A stretch of DNA of 64,000 nucleotides from Vicugna vicugna (lineage: Eukaryota): positions 744,001 through 808,000 of the forward strand of contig MU058687.1 in assembly GCA_013265495.1 (NCBI GenBank), written 5' to 3'. The position numbers and the translations under genes are program-made. Positions 37,901 to 49,900 of this stretch are shown in pieces. Numbering within the stretch: the first letter of the stretch is position 1; each line of letters begins with the position of its first letter. The notes below the pieces were generated by a model, which saw only the letters and a program-made list of their open reading frames with translations, had not been told where the DNA came from and did not search any database.

Positions 37901-40900
37901 CAGGACAAGAAAACTCTAACATTAACATTCCTCTTCAATTTTTGTGTAAGCACTGCTGAATGGAAAATACACAAATTCCAAACAGCTGCGAAAAGTTTTT
38001 AGCTGGATCCACAAAAACTAGGTGTCCTCAGCCCTCTCACCCTGGACTCCCCTGCCCTACTCACCAATGCAATCTCTAGTCGGGGCCACGTGGAAGCCAG
38101 GCTGACAGCCCAGGACACAGCGGTAGGAGCCAGGGCTGTTCTCACAGCTCCAGGCCCCACACACCGTGTCTCTGAAGTCCTCACACTCATCAATGTCTGT
38201 CCCCAGAGCCATGAGAGGGGACAGAGTGGCCAGGTCACTGCTCTGACATCACCTCTCCATCATTACAAGGTCATGCCCCACAGCCTCTGGGGTCCTTGAT
38301 CTGTTCCAAATTGCTGTGCTCATCTCAGCCCCTAAACAGCAAGCTCAGGATCACCTCCCCTGACCCGGCAGGGCCGAGCGTCTGGGAGGAGAGTTCTCTG
38401 CTGTTTGGGAAAGCACTGAGCTCTCAGCCTTCCGTGACACTCCCTTCCCCCACACCCCTCCCTGCAGCAGAGCACTTTCTACTTCTCTTTATATAAAACC
38501 TTCACCAAAGTGTATTATGAAGATTTGTCTTCGTATCTGTCTCTCTTGCTCAATATCAAGATTGTCCATAACTGTCTGACATTGAACCCAGCTGGCTTTT
38601 AATAAATGTCTGTTGCATCAATTTGGCTTTATAAACTAGATTGTGTGCTCTGCTAGCATACGGACCTCATTGTCTTCATTTTGTCTTCCTTGGACAGTCC
38701 CTGAGTCAACAGAGGCTCAATAAATGCATTATTCATTGGATGATTAATCTGTGGAAAGTGCTCTGCTTCCCGGAAGCTGCCGCTTCTGGTCCCAGGGAGC
38801 TGAGAACCAGGCAGGGTGGAGGTGGCGGATGTGGGCAGAGCCCTGTCCGCTCTCCCTGGAGCTCTTACCCACACACGCCCCGCTCTCTGGGGAGGGCTGG
38901 AAGCCAGTCTCACACAGACAGTTGAAGGAGCCCTCAGTGTTGACACACTGCCCTCCGAGGCACCGGTCAGTGACTTCACACTCGTCCACATCTAGAATAG
39001 AGACGTCTGTCAGCAGACCCAGGCGTGGGTCCCCAGGGCCCTGGACAGCTGCCTCTAGGCCCTGAGGGGCCCAAAGGAGGGCCAGGGCCCATTGGAGTGG
39101 GAAAGGATGGAAGATCCAAGGGAGAGTCCAAAGTTGGAAGCCAGAGGCCAGGCTGGGGGGTGGAGCCCTGGAACTGGGGTCATGGGGATCAGGGTGACAC
39201 TAAAGAGTTCTGGGGGCACCTGCTATAGACATCATGGGGAGGCCCTGGTGGAAGACTCCGAGTCCCTCCCTGACACTTGGCTCCCATCTCATCGCTCAGC
39301 CTCCATCTTCCCATCCAGGGTGGGGCCTGAGCATTTTATTTCAGGACTCTAGACCTAGCCTCTAGCGCCCCCTGCTGCTGGCTTCTCACCCTGGCAGCTG
39401 GTGCCCCCTTCCGCGCTGGCAAAGCCCGGGGCACAGAGACAGAAAAAGGACCCGTGGCTGTTGAGACACTCGCCGCGAGGCGCGCAGTACTCCTCTCCCG
39501 CGCACTCGTTTATGTCTGCAGGGAGAAGAAGGGCAGTGCTGTCTCCCAGGGAGGTTCCCAGCTTTGCAAGCACTCCGACCCCATCTTGGGGTGGTGGGGG
39601 TGGAGACCAGAGCCACTCACCCTCACACACGGTGCCATTGGCCAACTGGAAGCCCTGGGGACAGAGGCACTGGTAGGAGCCAGCTGTGTTCTTGCACTCG
39701 CCTCCCAGGCAGCTGCTCTGGAGGTCTTCACACTCATCCACATCTGCAGGGTCACACAGGGAGCAAGGCAGCTGATGGCAGCGCCTCCCAAGGACAGGGG
39801 CCAACAGGAAACTGGACCCATAGGGGCACTGTCCCTTTACAAAGCAGCACAGCTGGAGGAAGCTGGCGATGGAGCTCTTGAGGGCAGGCTGATTGCAGCT
39901 CCCTCCACTTCTGCCCCAGCCCAGCAGGCTCCCCTGCCTCTGGCCAGGATTCTCTGGCTACCCATCCAGTGTCCACCTTGGGGACACTTGGCCTCTCCCA
40001 GCAACCCTGGCATGGGGTAGCCAAACCCCACTGCCCTCATCATGGCTGAGATGGCTTAGATTTTACTAAAAAGCCATAGGAAGGCAAATGAGAAATAAGC
40101 CAATGAAAGTTGAAGGAAACTTCTTCAAGTTGGCCTACAGATGGCCTGGTACAGGCTGACGTTTTTCAGAATATGGTCCCAGCACCCACCCTTACAAGGA
40201 AGCCTTGAGGAGCTTGTTAGATAACAGATCCCAAGGCCCCCTCAACAGAGGCTGATTTAGAAGATCTGGGCCAAGGCCCAGGAATCTGTGTGTTGAGCAG
40301 ACTCCCCCAGTGATTCTGATGCATGCTGAAGCTCGTGACCCAGTGGCTCATCAGCCCCCAGATCTGCAGTCTTTCTGACTCCTGTTGGGGGAGGGGTGGG
40401 AATAGGTGTCCCCGGCTAGCCCACCATCCGAGGTTAATTCCCTGCTCTAAGGGTGATGGGTTAGTCTCCTGCATCCTGTCTATGCTCTTCTCCCCCATTG
40501 GGCCTCTCACCTTCACAAGTGTGGCCCAGGGCGCTGGGCTGGTAGCCCTCCTCGCAGTCCCTGCAGGAGAAGGAGCCAGCGGTGTTGGTGCAGACTCCCG
40601 AGGGGCAGACTCCCGGAAAGGCACACTCATCTAGGTCTGGGGCAGACAGCCAGCCAGTCACCTGGGGGTCTGGGAGGCCTCCCTCCACCTGGTGAGGCAG
40701 GAACCACCCCACCACCTCTGGCCTCCCTCTCTAAGCTTGTCAGGCCCTCTGCAGGCCCCTGGGGAAGGGCAGGCCCTCACCTTGGGCCTTTTATAGAGCA
40801 ACCCCAGCACCCTCTCCCCAGCATGCTCCTGGGGCAGCTCTGCCACCAGCTTTCCTCTTGTCCCTGAGACTCCCTTTCCCTCCTGTCCTCCTGTCCTCGT

Positions 40901-43900
40901 TGATCATGACAATAGAGGCTCTCCTTGGGGCCAAGTCCATTCATAGGGTCCTCTAGCCTAGCCTGGAGACCCTCAGCTTCAGCCCCAAGCTGAGGGACAG
41001 ATGGCATGTTGTCTGGAAGGACAGAAGGCCAGTATTTTTGGTCCCCCTCTACCACCCCCTCCCCAGGGTTACCTTCACAGGCGGTGCCGTCCTCATTCAC
41101 CCAGTACCCGCTCTCACAGGCCGAGCAGGTGAAGGAGCCCTCAGTGTTGAGGCAGAGGCCCGTGGGGCACGAGGTCCGGCTGGCACACTCGTCGACATCT
41201 GAAACAGGCCATTGAGCTCTGTGTGGGGCTCTGCAGGACAGACATGCCAGGCTAGCCAGGGATGGACAGGGAGGGGCCGGGTAGGAGAAGGGACGGGTCA
41301 TGGCAGCAACTTGTCGGGCCAGCACGCCTAGGGATGCCAGCCCCAAGGGAAGGAGTGGCAGGCTGATTTGCTGAGGACAAAGGGTGCTTCAGATCTCTGT
41401 ACCTTGGCAGCCCTTCTCGTCTGAGGTGACCTCATAGCCCTTCTGACAAGAGCATCTAAAGGAGCCCTCCAGGTTGGTGCATGTTCCGTGGGCGCAGACC
41501 CCGGGAGCCAGACACTCATTCACATCTGCGGGAGAGAATTCCAAGATAGTGGGCTGGCCTCCTCTCCTTCATACAACCTCCATCATCAGGATGAGAGCAT
41601 CTCACTTACGAGGCTAGGGAGTCAGCAGTCAGAGGGGCCACAGGCACCCTGAGACACACATGAGGTCTCTTGCTCCTGTCCCCACTCACCTGGGCAAGGC
41701 AGGGAGCCCTTCCCCTCTGAGCTCCCTTCAGATCTATAGAGTGATATGGAGCAACCTGCATACGTCCTAGCTAAGGGGGTCAGGTCCCCCAGCCCTGGTT
41801 TGGCCCATCTGAGGACACCTGGAGTGAAGTGTCCAAGACCCCTGACTGAACCCCTGAGAGGTTCAGTGGGTCTGAACCTGTCTGGTCTCCCACCTGCCAA
41901 CTAAACTGGTATGTTCCCATGTTCCCAGCCCAACAACCAGATTTAAGAGATGAGTGGGCAATGCAGAGAGAGGCCGAGCTATGCCTGGGGAGATGAGTGG
42001 CCGTCTCAAGGGCCTGGAAAGTGCCTGCCCTCTCCAGAGCCTCAAAGCATCTATTCACAACTCAGTCCCTCCTGGCATTCTGAACCCTGGGCCTTTCTTC
42101 CTGCGGGGGCTGAGGGGAAAGAGCATTCCTCCTACAGCTGACATGCAGCCCCCTTTGGAGGGAGAGGAGCACCCACTGTTCGGTTAGGTGTTGCTGTTCA
42201 GACATTGCCCTTGAGCAGCAGAAGAGCAGACCCCTCCTCCCTGGGCGGCTCAGCAGGGCCTGGCTGCCAGCGCACACCACAAGGGTCAGCCTCTTCAGAG
42301 ACGCTTCACACTCACTCTGCTTAGCAGGATCCAGCCACAGAAGCTTCTGGGACCTTGGACTATAGCTCCTGATGGATATGGCCAAAGAGCGAAAGGGGCC
42401 CCCACCCTAGCTGATTCAGAGGGCAGAGCACTAGTAACTGAAGCACACCCATCTCATACCCAACGTCATCTGGGAACCCAGCCGGGTCATGGAGGACAAT
42501 GGCCTCCAAGCCCCTTCCCTCTGCCCCACTCCTTCCCCTCCCTGTGTGTGGGCTCAACCGGGGGTCCCAAGGCCAAGCAGCCCTCTCAATGCCTTGGCAA
42601 GCAGCCCTCACCTACACAGCTCCCGCTCTGGCCCCTGTAGCCCTCCTCACAGGCCAGGCAAGTGTAGGAGCCGGGGGAGTTGACGCATCTCCCATCAGGG
42701 CAGGTGCCAGGGTGATGGCATTCGTTGATATCTGCAAAACAACAGCCCCTCCCTCGGTCATCTCTGGGAACCACAGCCACGGGTGGGCTGTGAAGAAGCA
42801 AGCCCTTGACCCTGCCCTCATTCGGGGAGAAGGAGGGATGTCAATTTCTGAAAGGGTGGAAACTAGGAAAAATTGAGTGTTGTCCTGTGTTCCCAACTCC
42901 ACCTCCCACCCACTGTCCTGGACATAAGAGAGATGGAAGAAATTTAGAAAGGGTGACTCCCTGGTGCAGGAGGCTGCGCTTTCCACTAGCTGGGGGTGGG
43001 GGTGGGGGTGGTGAGAGGCTCAACTTCCTGAGCCTTGCGCAGGGCCTTTGTATCTCTCTTGTTCCTTTATAAGTGGTGATGAGGACTGGATTGGATGTAC
43101 TTGGCACAGCAGGCCCCAGGGCCCCAGAATAGATCATAGGTGGGCAATGAAGGCAAAATGGGCTTCCCTGCACCAGGAAATGAGCACTGAGGATGACCCC
43201 CCAATCTTGGACGTGGCCAAGACCAGCCCTGAGGATGCTGCAGAGTGAACAGTGGAGGCTGGCAAGGCTTCTCTGCTGGAGAGGAGACTCTTCTTCCAGC
43301 CGAGAACCACACAGGGCTGCAGCACCCACTCTGGTGAGATCCAGGAAAGTCAGCCAGAAAGGATGAATCTGAGCATCAACTGGACAAGCAGAGGAAGAGG
43401 TGACCCACGGAGGAAGGGGAGCAGCCAGTCCTGGGAGAGTGACAATAAGGAGGAGAAGGGAGAGCTTGCTCCCAGGAACTGCACGCAAGGTTCTTCCTGA
43501 TGTGACCTGGTGTAATGGGGGGGTCCATCATCCAAGGCACCCAGGCGACCTGGGCTGAATTAGGGAGGTCATAACACAGGGACTGAACTCTGGGTCGGGG
43601 CTGCAGGGAGACAAGCTCCTCTGGCCCAGTGTCGAGGCTCCCAGTCACTATTCCTGACAGACAGATTGACCAAGCTCCAGAGGGAACGGGAGAATTTACC
43701 CTCCCTACATGGATAACTGTCATCCTCCTGCAGGAAGTCCACCAGTTCATGCAGATTCAGAGGCTCTCCTGCCCAGGAGGAAGCCCTACTCAGCACCCTT
43801 GGTGGAAATGCAGGAGGCAGCGTCAAGGGTCGGAATGCAGGTTTCTGCAAACGGACTCAGGCCAGTAGCTGTCGTTATAGAACAGGACATGGGCCCGGAA

Positions 43901-46900
43901 GCGGAGGGTAAAAATGAACCTCCTCTGAGGTGGTTTGGTCTGCAGAAGGCCAGTCACATCAAAGCCCTCTGTCCCAGGGAACTGGGTGCCTCTCAAGGCC
44001 AAAAATTCACTCTAAGAGTCCAGAAGAGCAAGACGTATCCAGGGCAGGTAGTTATTCAGATGGTGTGTGCAAGGAGGTGCCTAGAACTCCTGGGTCATCT
44101 TGGGGACACTGAGATAAGGCTCATCTCTGGAAAGAGGGCGGCCAAGAGCCCCTAGGTGGGCTGTAGTGATGCCAGGGTAAATTATCCTAAGGGTTTCTGT
44201 AAAGACAGAGGGAATGAGAAAGAGGTGGAGTGAATGAAGGCTCTAGGACCACCAGCTTTGGCCAGCACCACAGCCTGCTGGTCTTGGCTGAGATACCAGG
44301 GGGATGGGCAAAGCCAGTGGGAATGATACGCAGTCCCTGCTTCAGGGATGTAAGACTCAGGGATGAGGAGAAAGGGAACAAGGCAAGGATCTTCCTCTAA
44401 GGCCACACTGAGGAAAAAGGAAGTCTTCGGGCCTCTCCTGCAGGGATCAGGCAGTATAGGAAGGAGATTAGCCCCACCAGGAGCAAAGGGCTCTGAGTTC
44501 TGTCCTGCCCCAATTGTTCCGGGCACATCTGTGGAGATGGTGCCCAAAGTGTTTCATGTTGGGCCTTAGGAGACCTGTGGGACTAATGCTGTTCACCAAA
44601 TATTCCAGCTCTCCCTTTCTGGGCTGTGACAGGCTTGTGCTTCCTGTTCCTTGTGGTTGGGTGGAGCCAGGGAACTAGTGCTGGCCAATGGCTATGAGTG
44701 GATATGACGAGTGTAATTTATGGACCCAGACATTTATTTGTGTGGAACCCTGTGGAGTGACCTTTCTTTCTTCCATTGACACTGGCCACACTCAAGGTGC
44801 TGTTTATTCCTGTAGCCTGGTTCTAGGGTGAGGAAACGTTGGGCAGGACCCCCAGATGACCCATGATGGACATGTGGCCTTGGTCTGATATCAAGTTTGC
44901 TGTGTTCTAAGTCACCAAGATTGGAGTTGCTTGTTAACACAGCATAACCTGGTTTATCCTGGCACAACACTGCTTGCTTCCTTCTTCAGACCAGAGCCCC
45001 AGCCAGTGATAATCATGGGTAGGAAGTCTGTCAGCAGCTGGGAGAGGGAGGGCAGAGGATTAAAGCCCCTAGTCTCCCCCTGAGTCAAGACAGTCCTCTT
45101 CTAAATGGGGGTGGCTATAACAGAGCCACTGAGCCAAGCCAATTAAAGGATCCAGATTTAAAGATTCTGGACACAATATTCATAGCAGCACTATTTACAA
45201 TAGCCAAGGCATGGAAGCAACCTAAATGTCCATCAACAAATGACTGGATAAAGAAGTTGTGGTTTATACATAATGGAATACTACTCAGCCATAAAAAAGA
45301 ATGTAATAATGCCATTTACAACAACATGGATGGACCTAGGGATTATCATACGAAGTGAAGGAAGTCAGAGGGAGACAAATATCATAAGATAACACTTATA
45401 TATGAAATTTTAAAAAACTGGCACATATGAACTTATTTACAAAACAGAAACAGACTCACAGACATAGAAAACAAACTTATGGTTTCCAGAGGGGAAAAGG
45501 ACAGGAAGGGATAAATTAGGCATTTGGGATTAGCAGATACACACTACTATATACAGAATAGATAAAATGCAAGGCCCTACTGTGTAGCACGGGGAACTAT
45601 AGTCCATAGCTTGTAATAATCTATAATTAAAAAGAATCTCTCTCTATCTATATATCTATATATCTATATCTATATACATCTGAATCACTATGCTATACAG
45701 CAGAAACTAACACAACATTGTAAATCAAATATACTTCAATAAAAATTTTTAAAAAAGATTCTGAATGAAGTGGATTTTGTGTTAAAGGCACAGGCACTGA
45801 TGTCACCAGATATCCTGAGGCTGGTCCACCAAGCTCTTAGTGCCTGGATTGAAGCTAGATTTTTCTGCCTAGTCTAGGGTTCGAGTTTCAATCTAAGATT
45901 ATGGTATGTTTTGGTAGGTCTTATCCTGGTCATTAAGGGCAGGAGCTATCTTTTTTAATGCTATATTCCTAGCCCACGGCTGGGGCACAGCTGGCACACA
46001 ATAAATGTTTGCTGACCAAAGAGTGAGACTGTGTGATTAACTAAACCTTCACATCCTCTTGGCGTGAGGCCCTGGGAAACAGTCACCCCAGGGCCCAGTG
46101 TGCCAGCCTGCTGTCTGTGCCCTGGGAGGATCCTGGAGCTTCTCTAAGCAGCGCTGCAGTCTCCGCACAAGGAAATGTAAGGGTGTGGCCTCTGTTCTTT
46201 GTGAGAGCACATGGGGGGTGTTCAGTCAGGGGCCAGAAGTCCAGGTGACCTTGGATGTGGGTGGGGGACAGCAGAGCCCTGGCAATCTGCAGGGGAAGCT
46301 AACCCCTTTCCGTGGGAACCCAGAGTCCCGGTACGACGGAAATGCCATCGAGACTTTGGATGGGCTGCTGTCCAGACCACTCGGGCCTCTCACCAGAGAC
46401 TTTGAGTTTAAGTGGAGAGAGTGGTTTCTTAGTTGGAGGAAGAAGAAAGAGGGAGAGGAAATTGACTGGGCTCCCGGGGTGATGGGCCGAGTCTGTGGTT
46501 ACGGATGGAAACCTGGAGAAGTGTGCAGGCTACATCAGTCTTTCTTTCAACAGACTCAGAGTGCCTGCCTGGAGCCAGGAACTCAGCCTGACCTCCCAGC
46601 TGAGGTGTGTGTCTGGAACCTTTCCCCTGGAAGGGAAGGTGACAATCCGGAGGCATGGACCAGGGCGTGAGGGGAGTCTGGAAGTGAGAGAGGGTCTCAC
46701 GGTGACCTTACTCTCTGAGGGTCTGCACTTTGTACGCAGTGCGTTATTTCGTCCTCACAAGAGCCTCTGCCATGGGCATTATGGTTTCCATTTTCAGACA
46801 TTGAAACGAGAGCCAAACCCAGGCCTGTCTCCACCGCAGCCTGTGCCCTTAGCATGGACTGGCTAGAATAGATCTGATCTTTTTCATGCTTCGGTATTTT

Positions 46901-49900
46901 CTTAGTTCATTTCCTTTAGTTTTGCTTTACTTCTTAATAAAGTCTCATGCCAGATTAATCATGTTTGATGCTTAAATGAGACAATCTACCAAGTTCCTAG
47001 CCCAGCCCCTGGCACGTGGCAGGCACCCATCAAATGCTAACTCCCTTCACTCTCCTTTCTCCTGGAAACTTCTAGGCTGTCTGCCTCCAGCATGCTAATG
47101 AGGACAGAGGGAGTGGGTTCTGGCTTTGATCACATGTAGACCTGAGTTTAGAGGGGGAAGCATCGAATGGGGACGGTGACAGGCTGTGGGGGCAGGCAGA
47201 GAGCTGTCTGTCCTCCCCTAGCAACCTCTTCCCTTTGCCAAGATCTGCCAGGACTCTACTTACATGGGAGAGGCGTTGGGAAGGGGGGCTCTCCCTTCAC
47301 CAGACACACAAGCTCATCCCTCACCCCTGGGACCCTCTGAATCCAGGCAAGTCCTGGCCAGGGGAAACCTGGAGGCAGGGAGGAGTCTGGGCCTAACCTT
47401 GGATCTAAGGCAGGACTTCTTTCCAGAGAGCATGTTGATTTACCCGCCTATTCCTGTCTCAGCCAGTCTTGGGAGCACATAACCCAGGCCTCTTGCAAAA
47501 ATTTGACATCCCAGCCTGGCAGGGAGGTGGAAGTGGCAGGGCTGCCAAGAGCTGGCCTGATGGTGGCAAGTTCAAGCCAGTCTGAGGATGTCAGTTGGCA
47601 ATATCACAGCGACCTTGTGGCAGGGCCCGGGAAAGGGGGCCGGGATGAGGGCTCGCTCATTCATTTATCTTTTTTTTGTTTTAGTCTGTTTCTTCTAACT
47701 AAATTTTTTAAAACTTTTTTTCTTTGCTTTGCCTGTTTTTCTTTTTTTACTCATTCATTTATTCAACTAGCATTTGTTGGGGTGTCCAACACACGGACAT
47801 TTGTCAGGTGTCCATGCATGGTCATCTAAGGATGTGGTCCCGCTCTGAGGAGCTCACAGCCTAACAAGCTTCAGCAAGCAGGCCAAGCCCGAGGCCCCAG
47901 TTACCTCCCGGATAGACCAATTCTCCCTCTGCCATGTGAGGAGAGCAGAGGGACTCGGGGTGAGAGGCAGGGGAGCTTCCAGGATCTCATGCACAGAAAG
48001 TTACTGTGCTCCCTCACTGCAGGGGCTGGCGGGATGCCAAAATATCCCTGAAGGGACAAAAGGGCTCTGAAACCCCCAGACAGGTCTCTCCATGCACGGG
48101 AGTGGGCTCTGCATCCAGGGACCCCGTCGAGGACAAGCTGAAAGGGGAGCTGGTGGTGGGCAGTGTGTGGGGAAGGACCAAGGTACAGTGAAGGGATCAG
48201 GAGGTGGTGGGGCAGAATCCCATTCCTTACCTTGGCAATGTCCCTTCCGGACCATGACGTAGCCCTGGTTACACTCGCAGTGGTAGGAACCCTCTGTGTT
48301 GGTGCACCGCCCATCGCTGCACACTCCTGGCTGCTCACATTCGTCTACATCTGCAAACACACAGAAAAGTCCCGAGTGGGAGCCAGCCATGTGGGGGCGT
48401 CCTGGGGCATCCTTTCAGAGGCTGAGGCCAAGGCCGATACTGCCCATGCTGAGGCCCAGGCAGGCAAGGCGTCCTTGCTGCAGACATGAATGGCAGGGGG
48501 CTTCTATGCCAGGTCTGAGACTGACCCAGCTCAGGACCCTGCAAGCTCCTGAGTTCCTTTCTCCTGGTGGCGGTGGGGGGGCTACTTTAAGGGCTCTTGA
48601 GGACCCTCGCAGCTGTCTCCTCACCTTGATGCAAGGGCTTGTCTAAGGTCAGGTGGAGTGCACATGGCAACAAAGAAGGCCAACAAAGTCCCCCTCCTGA
48701 CACCAATACAACCCCCAGAGCTCTGCTCTTAGAGTTCTTAGTGGCCTTCTTAAAGGTTAGGGATTAAGCAGCCAGTGAGAGACAGCATCTTAGGCAGCTG
48801 TGCATCTGTCCATGTGGTTTTTCCCCATTGTCCCAAAGCAAAATGGTGCCCGGTGATGGCTCAAAAGCCCAACTGTGGTCATGCCCCTCCCCTGCCTAAG
48901 GCATCCTGCCAGGGTTCCCTGCTGCTCAGCCTTCCTTGCAAGCCTCTGCCACCTGTCCCCAGCTGTGCTGTGTTTGCTGATCCCCACTGGTCCAGTCTCC
49001 AAGCCTTCATTCACACAAATGCCTCTGCTTGGTTTGATGGCCAGCAGAGCCCTGCTCCCCTCTCAAAGACCGGTTCAATTTGTCACCTCTAGGTCACTCT
49101 GGCTACTCCCCCTTCCCTGTTCCCCACAGTCAGATTAATGGAGGGCTCACCTTTTCTCCCTACCCCAAGCACTGGTTCAGACACTTTCCAGAGGATTTGT
49201 GCAGATTAAATGAGAAAATCCAGGTGAAGGGCTTAGCACAGTGCCTGCCTAGCACAAAGTAAATGCTGAAGAAGAGTTAGCTATTTTTATTTTATTCTTG
49301 CATTAAACCTGCCCCATACCATCCCAGCTCCTCAGCCTGGCATGTGAGACCTTCCACGATCTGGCCCCTGCCAGGTTCTCTCACTTTGGTTCCTGCCTCC
49401 CACATGTCTCCCAGCCTCAGGCACACAGAATCTGCTTCTGAGCTTTTGCACCTGCTGTTCCCTTGCCTGGAGTGGCTTCCCAACCACTAGCTTGGCTTTC
49501 TCTTCATCTCTCGGTGAGGTTGCCCTCTCCCCTCCAACCCATGTGGTGCTTCCCAGGGTTCCCTTAGAAATCAGACCTTATAGTAACTGACCATTCACCT
49601 GCTCTTTCCTCCCTGCCTGCTGGGAATGTGCCTTATTATCCTGGTGTCCCTAGTGCCAAGCACAGAATCCTTAAAATTACTTACTGCATTTAAGGACAGT
49701 GTTTTCATCTGAGCAATACTTCCTAACACTTAAGTGCATGGTGGAGTCGCTGGCAGAAGATACAAAATGTACACTCCCAAGCACACGTCCAGAGATTCTG
49801 ACCCAGCAGCAGTGGGTGGGCCCAGAAGCTTGCATTTCAATAACCCGCCAGACAATTCCGAAATAACTGATCATCACTTTAAGAAGCTCTAATCCCAATG

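Noticed and set aside
40630..40636. Alternative acceptor 6 nt into LTBP2 exon ~22 (cag|ACCTAG|AT)
   Set aside because: It would delete calcium-binding consensus residues; the upstream CAG fits the cbEGF pattern and nothing supports use of the TAG.
42841..43488. 215-aa ORF with a hydrophobic, signal-peptide-like start inside an LTBP2 intron
   Set aside because: Non-ATG start, low-complexity composition, no domain and no convincing splice sites.
46098..46670. 190-aa antisense ORF, and similar ones at 51770-52387, 39454-40020 and 59068-59649
   Set aside because: No homology signal; several are antisense shadows of GC-rich LTBP2 exons.
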